This document shows positions 18,828 through 29,082 of a stretch of DNA of 64,000 nucleotides, one piece after another. Below the pieces are notes generated by a model. That model was not told the origin of the DNA. It worked only from the letters and a program-made list of their open reading frames with translations, and did no database searches. Made by a program: the position numbers and the translations under genes. Origin of the DNA: Candidatus Daviesbacteria bacterium (GTDB lineage: Bacteria > Patescibacteriota > Microgenomatia > Daviesbacterales > UBA10151); the NCBI GenBank assembly GCA_030648435.1, contig JAUSHE010000014.1, positions 4,466-68,465 on the forward strand. The letters are read 5' to 3'. Each line of letters starts with the position of its first letter. Position 1 is the first letter of the stretch.

Positions 18828-20300
18828 ATGGAAGAAAGCGTTGAACAAATTGATCCAACTCAGGAGTTGACCACAGATATAATTAAGAAGCGTGCTGTCA
18901 AGGGCGCGGCTATATTAACCGGCAGAATGATTTTAATGCAGGGGGTTTCCTTTTTTGCGATGGCATTTTTAACTGTGTTTCTGGCGCCCTCGGAATTTGG
19001 GGTTTTCTATGTGGTAGCAGCTGTAAAAAATCTATTATCCTATTTTAGTGATATTGGTTTTGCGCCAGCTTTAATTCAAAAAAAAGAGAAACTAACAAAT
19101 ATCGAACTTAAGACTATATTTACTGCCCAACAAGTCCTGATTCTTTTGGTGATCATTCTTGGTTTTATTCTTACTCCGTTAATACAAAAAATCTATCATC
19201 TAAATTTGCAGGCGGTGTATTTGCTATGGGCCTTTCTGCTGTCGTTATTTTTTTCTTCTTTAAAAACTATACCTTCGGTTTTAATGGAGAGGAAATTGGA
19301 GTTTAATAAATATGTAATTCCCCAGGTAGCTGAAAATATTGTTTTTAATTTAACTGCGGTATTTTTGGCATGGAAAGGATTTGGAGTAACAAGCTATACA
19401 ATTGCGGTTATTTTATCCGGTTTATTGGGACTCGCTTTGACATATATTGTTAAACCATGGTGGCCGGGAATTGCGTTTTCGGTAACGGCTTTTAAATCGG
19501 TATTAAAATTTGGTATTCCTTATCAGGCGAATACCCTACTTGCTATGATTAAGGATGATGGGATGATTTTGTTTTTGGGGAGCTTTATTGGTACATCAGG
19601 TGTAGGTCTGTTAGGGTGGGCCCAAAAGTGGGCTTATGCTCCTTTAAGATTCTTTATGGATCAGGTGATAAAAGTAACTTTTCCGGCATTCTCCCGTTTG
19701 CAGGATAACAGAAAAGACTTATCCGATTTAGTAACAAAATCTATTTTTTTCATTTGTCTCCTGGTTTTTCCGTCTCTTGTGATACTTACTTTTGTGGTGC
19801 CCAGTCTAGTGTACATAATACCGAAGTATGCTAAGTGGAGTCCTGCTATTTTTGCTCTTTCGGTTTTGACGATAACTTCAGGTTTGGCAGCTATTACCAC
19901 TCCTTTGACCAATACCCTAAACGCCATAGGTAGAATTACTCTCACTTTTAAACTAATGATTATGTGGACCGTCTTAACTTGGATTTTCGTGCCAACATTA
20001 GCTTTGCTTTATGGGGTTAACGGTGCAGCTGTCGGGTTTACTCTGGTCGGATTAAGTTCTGTGATAGCTTTGTATTTGGTGGCGAAACACGTGGATATAG
20101 ATTATTTAAAAAGTGTTGGTAAGCCACTTCTGGCAGCAATTTTGATGGGGGTTTTTATATTTATAATCAGAAATATTGTACCTTTGTCTTTGCTCCAGGT
20201 CATATTCATGATAAGCACAGGTTTGATTTCCTATATTTTGATAATCTTCTCTTTAGAACCTGGTCTTCTTAGGATAATAAAAAATCAATTCAAAAAATGA
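18828..20300 (+). CDS. wzx: Wzx/MOP-family oligosaccharide flippase
   Basis: LAPSEFG, FSDIGFAPALIQKK, MERKLEF, GFGV.S and VTFPAFSRLQ motifs; about 12-14 TM helices. Confidence 0.85.
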   Translation: MEESVEQIDPTQELTTDIIKKRAVKGAAILTGRMILMQGVSFFAMAFLTVFLAPSEFGVFYVVAAVKNLLSYFSDIGFAPALIQKKEKLTNIELKTIFTAQQVLILLVIILGFILTPLIQKIYHLNLQAVYLLWAFLLSLFFSSLKTIPSVLMERKLEFNKYVIPQVAENIVFNLTAVFLAWKGFGVTSYTIAVILSGLLGLALTYIVKPWWPGIAFSVTAFKSVLKFGIPYQANTLLAMIKDDGMILFLGSFIGTSGVGLLGWAQKWAYAPLRFFMDQVIKVTFPAFSRLQDNRKDLSDLVTKSIFFICLLVFPSLVILTFVVPSLVYIIPKYAKWSPAIFALSVLTITSGLAAITTPLTNTLNAIGRITLTFKLMIMWTVLTWIFVPTLALLYGVNGAAVGFTLVGLSSVIALYLVAKHVDIDYLKSVGKPLLAAILMGVFIFIIRNIVPLSLLQVIFMISTGLISYILIIFSLEPGLLRIIKNQFKK

Positions 20301-23300
20301 AAAAGCTGCTATTGTTATTTTTGTTTCTACTATCTTTTAGTTTTGTTCCAAAAGTCTTTGCTCAGAATAGTTCATTCGTCTCAATTGTTAATCCGATACG
20401 AGGCAATGATTTTTGGGATATGAAAGACCAAAAAGCAGAAACAGCAGTATTGGGACAAATTGAGATTTTAAACAAGAACAAATTACCTGCCACCTGGTTA
20501 ATTCGGTTTGACGCATTAGATAATCAAATCATTATAAACGCGACGAAAGGAAGATTATCCGACGAGAAAGGGATATTTTTAGAAGTTACTTCCAGCTGGG
20601 CTAATGCTGCAAAGGTTACTTATCATAAATCTGATATCTGGCATATGGCAGGCAGCGCTTTTTTAACAGGTTACGAAAGATTGGAACGGGAAAAGTTAAT
20701 AGATGCGGCATTTGAAAAATTCAAGAGCATTTTCGGATATTTTCCTTCTTCTATCGGAGCCTGGTGGGTTGATAGCTATTCTTTGGATTACATGCAAAGG
20801 AAATATGGAATCACCGGAGCCCTTATTGTAGCTGATCAATATTCAACCGACAATTACCAAATCTGGGGTCAGTATTTCGGAACACCATATTATCCGGCCA
20901 AAAATAACGCTCTTCACCCTGCTAGCTTTAAAGAAACAAAACTTCCTGTAGTGATAATGCAATGGGCTTCCAGAGACCCCGTAAATGCTTATGGAAATGG
21001 TGTTAATGAAAGTACATTCAGCGTTCAGGCAAATGATTACACTGATTATCATGATTTGGACATAAAATATTTTTCCTCTCTTGTTGATATTTACACAGAA
21101 CAAAAATATAACGGATTTAGTCATTTGGTGGTTGGTTTGGAAAATTCTTATGACTGGAATAAATATGGATCTGAATACCGAAGGCAGATAGAAATTTTAT
21201 TGAAGAAACAGATCAATATTACTACAATGTCTGATTTTGCCCAGTGGTATAAAAATAATTTTCCGGAAATTTCTCCAGAGCAAATAGTTATCGCTGACGA
21301 TCCTCTGGGAAGTTTTAAAAAATCTGTCTGGTTTATGAACCCTCACTATAGGGCTTTTTTATTTGTTAATCAGGAAGGAGTAGTTTTTCGTGATGTAAGG
21401 CAATATATTGAAGGGGAAGAAGAGTTGTGCTATTTGAAGAGTTGTTCAATTGTAAATTTTGCAACATTTGCCACAAGAGTTTTGGATGATGTGACTTATG
21501 GTAATAAATGGGTTATAGATGGTGGAGGAATAAGAGATTTTAATGTTTCAAAGACTTTAACAGGATACCTGATAAGTTATATAAACGATGCTGGGAATAA
21601 GCGCAAAATAGAATTTTTACCAAAGGATATTAAAATTGATGAAAAGATATTCACCATCGATGGGGCAATTTTGAATGCTATAGGACAGGATAATAAAATA
21701 CCGAAAAAAATCTCTGATTTTAAAAACGGATTTTTTAAATGGTCAATTTCTTCTGTATTTTTAAAATCAGCTTTTTTTGGTCTCTTTTTGGTTTTAGCTT
21801 GTTTTTTACCAGGTTTTATTTTCACAAATAAGTTATACAAAAAAGATGATGGAATATTCATAAAAATATTTATTGCAACGATAATAGGTATTGTCTTATT
21901 CACAGTTATTTCCTATGGTACAAGCTTTTTTAATATTAAATTATTGGTTTATGCATATATAATTGTTCCGCTGTTTATATTTTTTCGTTTTAAATTTTTT
22001 AAAGCTTTAAATTTAAAACTACAAAAACCTGACATATTCAGCTTACTCTCGGTATTGATGATTTTTGTGGGAACAATCTTTCAAGTGATACCAGTTTTTC
22101 GAAGTGGTCTAAGTTTTCCTTATGGTATGGGTTTTTGGGGACCTAACGCACATGATGGTATTTGGCATGTTAGTTTAATTAATCAAATTGCAAAAGGCCT
22201 GCCTGCAGACAATCCCATTTTTGCAGGTGTAATTTTGAGGAATTATCACTTTTTTTATGATCTGCTTGTTGCTGGAACCTACAATTTAACCAATATCCCT
22301 GTTTTGGATCTAGTCTTCAGATTTTATCCGTTAATTTTTTCAATAATGCTTGGTATAGGAACTTATTATTTAGCCTTAAATCTTTTTGGGACAACGATTA
22401 AAGGAAAAGTAGCTGCAATTTTCAGTCTTTATTTCGTTTATTTTGCTGGTAGTTTTGGTTGGATTGCAGATTATTTAAAGCACAAAACTTTAGGAGGAGA
22501 ATCCGCGTTCTGGGCGAACCAGTCAATATCATTTAATTTAAATCCCCCCTTTGCGATATCGCTTCTTATAGTTATTGCTTTCCTGTTAATTTTTTTATCT
22601 GCCAGAAGATTAAATAGAATAAGCGTTATAAGTATTTTGGCTTTACTTGGAGGTAGTTTAATAGGTTTTAAAGTTTACGGCGCCGTTCTTTTAATAGGTT
22701 CACTGATTCCTATAGCGATAATTTCACTATTTAAGAAAGAATTTACCATTTTTTATATAACAATATTTACAGTATTTCTTTCCGGTTTAATATTTCTATC
22801 TAATTTCGAGTCGGGGCAGCAACTTATTATTTTTTCTCCTTTCTGGTTTATTCATTCAATGATTGATTCTGAAAGCAGAATAGGGTGGGTAAAGCTTTCA
22901 CTTGCAAGAGTAGCAGGATTGGAAACGCATAACTGGTTTAAATTTATAATCGCAGAGATAATAGGTGTTGTTTTATTTATTGTAGGCAATATGGGCTTCA
23001 GGGTTTTAAGTTTTACTGCACTTGGGAAATTTCCGTTTTTACTATTTTTTTCTGCACTATCATTTTTTATACCCGTAATACTTATTCAGGGAGGAAATCC
23101 ATGGAATACAATTCAATTTTCTTATTATGGCCTTTATATAACAGCATTAATTAGCGGTATTGTTTTATCGTCGTTAATTCTAAGCATCAAAAAAGCTTTA
23201 GCGGTAATAATTGTGATTATTGTTTTAATATTAACGCCTATTAATTCTGTTACGACAGCAAGTTATTATTTAGGTGTACCTCATGCTATTATCAGCGATA

Positions 23301-23692
23301 AAGAACTTGAGGCATTAAGATTTTTGGCAGAACAACCCGAAGGAATAATACTTACTTACCCCTACGATGATAAATTAAAACAAAAATTAAATGAGCCATG
23401 GCCGCTTCTTGCTTATGATAGTACGGCTTATGTTGCTGCTATTTCGGGAAAAAGTGTTTTTGTAGAAGACGAGGGACAAAATCAGATTCTGTTTACCAAC
23501 TACAAGAAAAGACTTATTTCTTCTAAAGATTTTTTTCAAAACGCAATCTCACAAAAAACAAAATTTCTGCAGGAGAATAAAATAAGTTATATTTATCTGC
23601 CAAAGATATACAATGTATTCCTGGATGAGAAGGCGGTACCCGTTAAAAGTATTTTTGAAAATGAAAAAGTGAAAATATATCAAAGAATTTGA
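20297..23692 (+). CDS. 1131-aa fusion: secreted polysaccharide-deacetylase/glycoside-hydrolase-like barrel plus GT-C-like membrane domain plus soluble C-terminal domain
   Basis: Signal peptide (…VPKVFA|Q). N-terminal domain has PATWL..FDAL, E.GIFLE, GY...ERE.LID..FE.FK..FGY.P.S.GAW. The membrane part has WGPNAHDGIWH and NYH.FYD, homologous to the next gene. Confidence 0.65.
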   Translation: MKKLLLLFLFLLSFSFVPKVFAQNSSFVSIVNPIRGNDFWDMKDQKAETAVLGQIEILNKNKLPATWLIRFDALDNQIIINATKGRLSDEKGIFLEVTSSWANAAKVTYHKSDIWHMAGSAFLTGYERLEREKLIDAAFEKFKSIFGYFPSSIGAWWVDSYSLDYMQRKYGITGALIVADQYSTDNYQIWGQYFGTPYYPAKNNALHPASFKETKLPVVIMQWASRDPVNAYGNGVNESTFSVQANDYTDYHDLDIKYFSSLVDIYTEQKYNGFSHLVVGLENSYDWNKYGSEYRRQIEILLKKQINITTMSDFAQWYKNNFPEISPEQIVIADDPLGSFKKSVWFMNPHYRAFLFVNQEGVVFRDVRQYIEGEEELCYLKSCSIVNFATFATRVLDDVTYGNKWVIDGGGIRDFNVSKTLTGYLISYINDAGNKRKIEFLPKDIKIDEKIFTIDGAILNAIGQDNKIPKKISDFKNGFFKWSISSVFLKSAFFGLFLVLACFLPGFIFTNKLYKKDDGIFIKIFIATIIGIVLFTVISYGTSFFNIKLLVYAYIIVPLFIFFRFKFFKALNLKLQKPDIFSLLSVLMIFVGTIFQVIPVFRSGLSFPYGMGFWGPNAHDGIWHVSLINQIAKGLPADNPIFAGVILRNYHFFYDLLVAGTYNLTNIPVLDLVFRFYPLIFSIMLGIGTYYLALNLFGTTIKGKVAAIFSLYFVYFAGSFGWIADYLKHKTLGGESAFWANQSISFNLNPPFAISLLIVIAFLLIFLSARRLNRISVISILALLGGSLIGFKVYGAVLLIGSLIPIAIISLFKKEFTIFYITIFTVFLSGLIFLSNFESGQQLIIFSPFWFIHSMIDSESRIGWVKLSLARVAGLETHNWFKFIIAEIIGVVLFIVGNMGFRVLSFTALGKFPFLLFFSALSFFIPVILIQGGNPWNTIQFSYYGLYITALISGIVLSSLILSIKKALAVIIVIIVLILTPINSVTTASYYLGVPHAIISDKELEALRFLAEQPEGIILTYPYDDKLKQKLNEPWPLLAYDSTAYVAAISGKSVFVEDEGQNQILFTNYKKRLISSKDFFQNAISQKTKFLQENKISYIYLPKIYNVFLDEKAVPVKSIFENEKVKIYQRI

Positions 23693-23693
23693 A

Positions 23694-25721
23694 ATGATTC
23701 AACTAATAATAACACTGAGCTTGCTTTTGATTTTTATCCCTATATCTATATTTCTTTTCTATGTTCCCGGTTTTGCGATTGTTTCCCGGACGAAGCAAGA
23801 GTTAGGAAGAGTTGAGTCATTAGTATTATCATTTGGTTTAGGTTTTATTCTTTTTACGCTCCTGACTATAATGTTGGGATTTCTGAATCTACGCTTTTTA
23901 AGTATATTCATATTAATTTTAATAAATCTCTGTGTGTTTTATAGGTATAAACTTCACTGTTTGGATAGCCTAAATATTTTTCGGGACAAAAGACTAAGTG
24001 CATTAATCGTTTTGGGAATATTGGTACAGGGTTTAATAAACTTTCCAAGCGGTTATCTATTCAAGGATGGTTTATATTTCTGGAGCGCTCAGGGGCATGA
24101 CGGTGTCAGGCATATTGCTTTTATGGAGCAGATAAAAAAAGAATTTCCTCCCAAAACTCCGCTTTTTTCCCAGGAACCTTTAATAAATTATCATTATTTT
24201 GTGGATATAGTTATGGGGGAAACGCTTAGACTCTTTCCTTTTTTTAGCTCCTGGGATATATATTTCAGATTTTTTCCTGTTCTGTTTTCTTTTCTAATAA
24301 CCACTTCAACTTTTGCTTTTGTTAAAGTTTGGAAAAATAAACAAATTGCTTATTGGGCGATCTTCTTTACCACTTTTACGGGAAGTTTTGGATGGATAGT
24401 TAAATTGCTCAGGGGAAATGGACCCTTTGGAGGCGAAACTGTCTTTTGGGCTTCTCAGATTAATACCGTGATCGGAAATCCGGCTACAGCGATTTCTATA
24501 ATTCTAGTTTTAACATTTTTACTTGGTCTTAAATTTTATCTTGAGAATAATAACTGGAAGTGGTTTTTAATTTGTTTAATTCTCGGGTCAATAATCTCCG
24601 GTTTTAAGGTGTTTGGAGGAATGGTATTGCTGTCTGGTTTGGTTGCAGGTTCAGTTATCGATTTAATTTTTAGGAGAAAAATACGCTTGGCTTTAATTTC
24701 AGGAACTTTAGGTATTTCTAATTTTATAGCTTTTAAATCAATGACTTCAGGTGCAGTTAATCTGATGTTATTTGAACCATGGTGGTTAATAAGAACATTA
24801 ATCGTATCCGGGGATAGGTTAAACTGGATAGATTTGGAACTGCGCAGACAGTACTATCTTTCGCTGCATTCCGTAAGAGGTTATCTAAGAGTAGCAGAAT
24901 ATGAAACTATAGCTTTTTTACTGTTTCTGATTGGAAATATCGGTGTTCGTTTTGTTGGTTTTTATGAGTTGGCAAAAGATATAATTTACCAAGTAAAAAC
25001 TAAATTTTCTGATAGACTGACAATAATAATCTTTTTTGCCATGCTTTTGGCATTTTTGATGCCACTTCTTTTCGTGCAAAAAGGATTAGCATACAATAAC
25101 ATCCAGTTTTTGGAATATTTTATTCTCTTTTTGGGATTTTTTGCAGCTGCATCAACTTGTACTTTGTTGAAAAAAATATCTTCTCCTGTTATTAAGTATC
25201 TTGTCATTACGACAATTATTATTCTTGCCGTACCTACTGTTGTTGGAAATTTATTGGAATTTTACGGTCCTGGGTCAGCCCCAAATGCAAAAATAAGCAG
25301 ACAAGAATTACAAGCGCTTTATTATTTAAGGGATAATACAGAGAGGGAGAGTATTGTTTTGAATGCTCCTTTTGAACCGTATCGATCTGGAAAAGAAAAT
25401 AGACCAATACCTATTTATACTTGGTACAGTACTTCTTATATTGCCGCAATTTCTTTGCGAACGACCTATCTTTCAGACGAGGAGCAAGCGATTACAACCG
25501 GTTATCCGGCAGACGAAAGGCTAAATAATATGCGTAATTTTTTTAGTCAAAAAGATTTTGCATGGAACCAGAATTTTCTAAAGAGAAATAAAATCAATTA
25601 TATTTATTTACCTAAGAAAGAAATACAAACTTTGGATACTAGCTTACTGCTTGACGAGAATGGCAATCAAATAAGAAAATTTTATGAGAATACAGAAGTA
25701 GTTATTTATGAAGTTAAATAA
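23694..25721 (+). CDS. GT-C-like multi-pass protein, paralog of the C-terminal part of 20297..23692
   Basis: WSAQGHDGVRH, NYHYF.D, FRFFP, GSFGW, GGE..FWA.Q and GFKV.G motifs. C-terminal ALYYLRDNT...YIAAISLRTTY...FLKRNKINYIYL...ENTEVVIYEV. Confidence 0.65.
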   Translation: MIQLIITLSLLLIFIPISIFLFYVPGFAIVSRTKQELGRVESLVLSFGLGFILFTLLTIMLGFLNLRFLSIFILILINLCVFYRYKLHCLDSLNIFRDKRLSALIVLGILVQGLINFPSGYLFKDGLYFWSAQGHDGVRHIAFMEQIKKEFPPKTPLFSQEPLINYHYFVDIVMGETLRLFPFFSSWDIYFRFFPVLFSFLITTSTFAFVKVWKNKQIAYWAIFFTTFTGSFGWIVKLLRGNGPFGGETVFWASQINTVIGNPATAISIILVLTFLLGLKFYLENNNWKWFLICLILGSIISGFKVFGGMVLLSGLVAGSVIDLIFRRKIRLALISGTLGISNFIAFKSMTSGAVNLMLFEPWWLIRTLIVSGDRLNWIDLELRRQYYLSLHSVRGYLRVAEYETIAFLLFLIGNIGVRFVGFYELAKDIIYQVKTKFSDRLTIIIFFAMLLAFLMPLLFVQKGLAYNNIQFLEYFILFLGFFAAASTCTLLKKISSPVIKYLVITTIIILAVPTVVGNLLEFYGPGSAPNAKISRQELQALYYLRDNTERESIVLNAPFEPYRSGKENRPIPIYTWYSTSYIAAISLRTTYLSDEEQAITTGYPADERLNNMRNFFSQKDFAWNQNFLKRNKINYIYLPKKEIQTLDTSLLLDENGNQIRKFYENTEVVIYEVK

Positions 25722-27387
25722 ATTTAAGATATTATTAACATTGGTACTATTGCTGGCCACTTTCCTCCGGTTTTATAGAATCGATGAAAATCCGGTATCG
25801 TTGTTTGGTGATGAGCTTGATGTAGGATATCAGGCCTATTCGATTTTGAAAACGGGAAGAGATTATATGGGTAATTTTCTGCCAATTCATTTTCAGTCGT
25901 TGGCAGAATATAGGACTCCTTTATATATTTATTCTGCTGTGCCGACCGTTGCCGTCTTTGGGATTTCGGCTTTGGGGGTCAGGTTGCCGGCCGCCGTATT
26001 CGGAGTATTAAGTGTCTTGGCGTTATATCTTTTGGTTTTGGAAATAACAAAGAACAAAAAATTAGGTTTACTGGCAGCATTTTTGCTGAGTATCTCTCCT
26101 TGGCATACTCATTTTTCCAGGGCCGGGTTTGAAGTTACAGAGATGCTTTTTTTCTATATAACCGGAATATATTTTTTTCTTCACGGATTGAAATCCGGTA
26201 AATGGCTTTTTCTTTCTGCAATATGTTTAGGATTAACTCCATGGGTATATAGCACTGCTAAATTATTTCTTCCTTTAACAGTTTTGGCGATTTTAGTTAT
26301 CTGGTGGAAGGATCTGCTAAATATACCAAAAAGAAGATTGTTTTTAGCAATTACAATTTTTGTAATAATTGTAGTGCCGTTTTTAACAAGTACTATTTTT
26401 GGAGGAGGCGCGGAGAGGATACAGGGTATATCAATATTTAATAATCCGACAGTGATACCGCAAATGGGTTTTGATAGGATGAATGATGTAAATGTAAGAG
26501 GAGAAAATCAATCTGTAACTATTGTCGATAAATTATTTCATAATAAAATTACTGCCTATTCTGCAATTTTTATTAATAATTATTTTCAATCTTTTTCACC
26601 AGAGTTTTTATTTACAAAAGGAGATTATTTAAACCTCCGACAATCTTCAGGCATAGAATTTTACAAAGTAGAGCTTATTTTTTTGATATTAGGATTGATT
26701 TATTTGGTAACTTCCGGCTTAGATCGGAAGGTTAAAGCTTTTTTAATATTTTGGCTTTTGGTAGCACCTATTCCTTCAAGTCTCACACAAGGAGGCGGAA
26801 ATCATGCAACCAGGTTGATTTTGATGCTGCCTATTTTAATTATTTTAATAGCATTTGGAATGTACTACAGTTATACAAAAATCAGCAGGAAGCTTAAAGT
26901 AGTATTTCTTGTTCTGGTTTCCATAATTTTGTTTTTGAATTTTATTTTTTATCAGCATAATTATTGGGTCCATTATCCTTGGAGTTCAGAGAGATGGTGG
27001 CATGCCGGCTATGAGGAGGCGATTAAATCTGCAGTTAAGATTGGTGGAAATTACGACCGTGTAATTATCAGTTCTGCCAATGAGCCGTCGCTCAAATTTT
27101 TCTTAGGGTGGTCAATGTATCCTCCTGAGCGTTTTCAGAAAGAATACAACGCAGATTCAACTCTACATTTAGGTAAATATGAATTTCCCCCTGTAGGAGC
27201 AGGTTTGAATTTGTATGAAATAGGATCGAAGTTGCCTGAAGGAGTTTTATATTTGGCAACAATTAAAGAAATTGTTCTGGATCTTAATAAAGAACCGGGC
27301 AGAGTACCCAATGATATAAAATTAATTAAGATAATTAACTATCCTTCAGGAGCTCCTGCTTTTTATCTTTTCGAAAAAGCAATATAA
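25708..27387 (+). CDS. ArnT/PMT_2-like GT-C, 'DE..GY.AYSIL.TG.D' family, paralog 1
   Basis: LRFYRI...FGDELDVGYQAYSILKTGRD, VRLP, SPWHTHFSR and ATRL motifs. Confidence 0.8.
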   Translation: MKLNKFKILLTLVLLLATFLRFYRIDENPVSLFGDELDVGYQAYSILKTGRDYMGNFLPIHFQSLAEYRTPLYIYSAVPTVAVFGISALGVRLPAAVFGVLSVLALYLLVLEITKNKKLGLLAAFLLSISPWHTHFSRAGFEVTEMLFFYITGIYFFLHGLKSGKWLFLSAICLGLTPWVYSTAKLFLPLTVLAILVIWWKDLLNIPKRRLFLAITIFVIIVVPFLTSTIFGGGAERIQGISIFNNPTVIPQMGFDRMNDVNVRGENQSVTIVDKLFHNKITAYSAIFINNYFQSFSPEFLFTKGDYLNLRQSSGIEFYKVELIFLILGLIYLVTSGLDRKVKAFLIFWLLVAPIPSSLTQGGGNHATRLILMLPILIILIAFGMYYSYTKISRKLKVVFLVLVSIILFLNFIFYQHNYWVHYPWSSERWWHAGYEEAIKSAVKIGGNYDRVIISSANEPSLKFFLGWSMYPPERFQKEYNADSTLHLGKYEFPPVGAGLNLYEIGSKLPEGVLYLATIKEIVLDLNKEPGRVPNDIKLIKIINYPSGAPAFYLFEKAI

Positions 27388-27388
27388 T
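27383..27388 (+). promoter_or_regulatory. Putative -10 box (TATAAT) overlapping the upstream stop codon
   Basis: TATAAT at 27383-27388, 6 nt before ATG 27395. Confidence 0.45.
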
Positions 27389-27394
27389 AAGATC

Positions 27395-28279
27395 ATGAGT
27401 AAGATTTCAGTCATAATTAATACTTTAAATGAAGACAATAATATTGAGGGTAGCATTAAATCAGTTTCCTGGACTGATGAGATTATAGTTTGTGATATGT
27501 ATTCACAGGATAAAACTGTGGAAATAGCAAAAAAAGCAGGTGCTAAGGTCATTTTCCACAAGCGTGAAACGTATGTTGAGCCTGCTAGAAATTTTGCTGT
27601 ATTAAAGGCTTCAGGCGACTGGATTCTCGTAATTGATGCTGATGAGCAAATACCAGCCACTCTTGCTGAAAGATTACAACAAATTGCAGCAAATATGAAA
27701 CAGATAGATTATGTCAGAATTCCCAGAAAAAATTTAATTTTTGGACATTTTTTGAGGCATTCCGGGTGGTGGCCTGATTACAACATCAGATTCTTCAAGA
27801 AAGATACAGTATCCTGGACTAATGAAATCCATCGTCCACCGAAAGCTGTTGGTACGGGTTTAGATCTGGAAGCAGAGGAGAAATATGCAATAATTCATCA
27901 CAGTTACGAAAGCATCTCGCAATTTTTAGAAAGGATGAACAGGTATACTACAGTTGAAGCTAATGAATTAAACAAGCAGGGTAAAAAGTTTATTTGGAAG
28001 GATTTATTTGTTAATCCGTTAAATGAATTTCTATCGCGTTTTTTTGCTTTGGAGGGGTATAAAGATGGGTTACATGGCTTGGTCTTAAGTTTGTTACAGG
28101 CATTTTCTTTCTTGGTTGTTTCTTTGAAATTATGGGAGATTGAAAAATTTAGAAAGCAAGAGATTACACTTGAGGAAGTGCAAAGTCAAAACAACGAGTC
28201 GGTACGCGCTATTAATTATTGGTTTAAACAATCAAAATCCGGGGGAAATTTCTTAAGTAAGCTGTTTAAAAGGAGATAA
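27395..28279 (+). CDS. GT2 glycosyltransferase, WaaE/KdtX beta-1,4-glucosyltransferase-like
   Basis: ISVIINTLNE, D..S.D.T, ARNFA, DWILVIDADE, WWPDY..RFF, NRYT and EGYKDG motifs. Confidence 0.82.
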   Translation: MSKISVIINTLNEDNNIEGSIKSVSWTDEIIVCDMYSQDKTVEIAKKAGAKVIFHKRETYVEPARNFAVLKASGDWILVIDADEQIPATLAERLQQIAANMKQIDYVRIPRKNLIFGHFLRHSGWWPDYNIRFFKKDTVSWTNEIHRPPKAVGTGLDLEAEEKYAIIHHSYESISQFLERMNRYTTVEANELNKQGKKFIWKDLFVNPLNEFLSRFFALEGYKDGLHGLVLSLLQAFSFLVVSLKLWEIEKFRKQEITLEEVQSQNNESVRAINYWFKQSKSGGNFLSKLFKRR

Positions 28280-29082
28280 TGTTAAGCGTTATAATAATTA
28301 CCAAAAACGAAGAGGAAAGGATTAAGGCCTGCCTGGAATCAGTTAAATGGGCTGATGAAATCATAGTCGTTGATAATGGTTCTGGGGATAATACTCTGAA
28401 AATAGCTAAGCAATACACCAATAAGATATTTAAGGTCAATTTTGAAGATTTCTCGGCATGGAGAAATGAGGCTTTTCAAAAATCATCCGGAGATTGGATT
28501 CTTTTTGTAGATCCTGATGAAAGAATACTTGAGCCTTTAAAAAATGAAATAACAGAGATTATTAAAGCTTCTGATTTTTCAGCCTATGCAATATCGCGCA
28601 AAAATATAATTTTTGGAAAGGAAGTAAGATATGGTCCTTTCTGGCCTGATTGGGTAATAAGATTGATTAAGAAAAGAGATTTTGAGGGATGGGTTGGCAA
28701 AGTACACGAGTACCCCAAATTTAAAGGAACGCTAGGTTACAGCAAAAATTCACTGCTGCATTTAACTCACCGCAACCTTGATCAAATAGTGCTTAAAAGT
28801 CTTGCATGGTCGAAGATTGATGCCAGTCTGCGGTTTGACGCGAATCATCCGAGAATGTCCGGATGGCGGTTTTTGAGGATATTTATCAGTGAGATATTTA
28901 ATCAGGGAATTGTGCGCAGAGGTTTTCTCAGTGGAACAATAGGAATTATAGACTGTTTATTACAAGTCTTTAGCTTCTATATGACTTATGTAAGACTATG
29001 GGAGATGCAACAGGGGAAATCTCTGGACAGCGCTTACGATGATATAGATAAAAAACTTCTTGAAAGTAATTTCAGATACTAA
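28279..29082 (+). CDS. GT2 glycosyltransferase, WaaE/KdtX-like
   Basis: LSVIIITKNEE, VDNGSGDNT, DFSAWRN, DWILFVDPDE, WPD..IRL and VHE motifs. Confidence 0.82.
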   Translation: MLSVIIITKNEEERIKACLESVKWADEIIVVDNGSGDNTLKIAKQYTNKIFKVNFEDFSAWRNEAFQKSSGDWILFVDPDERILEPLKNEITEIIKASDFSAYAISRKNIIFGKEVRYGPFWPDWVIRLIKKRDFEGWVGKVHEYPKFKGTLGYSKNSLLHLTHRNLDQIVLKSLAWSKIDASLRFDANHPRMSGWRFLRIFISEIFNQGIVRRGFLSGTIGIIDCLLQVFSFYMTYVRLWEMQQGKSLDSAYDDIDKKLLESNFRY

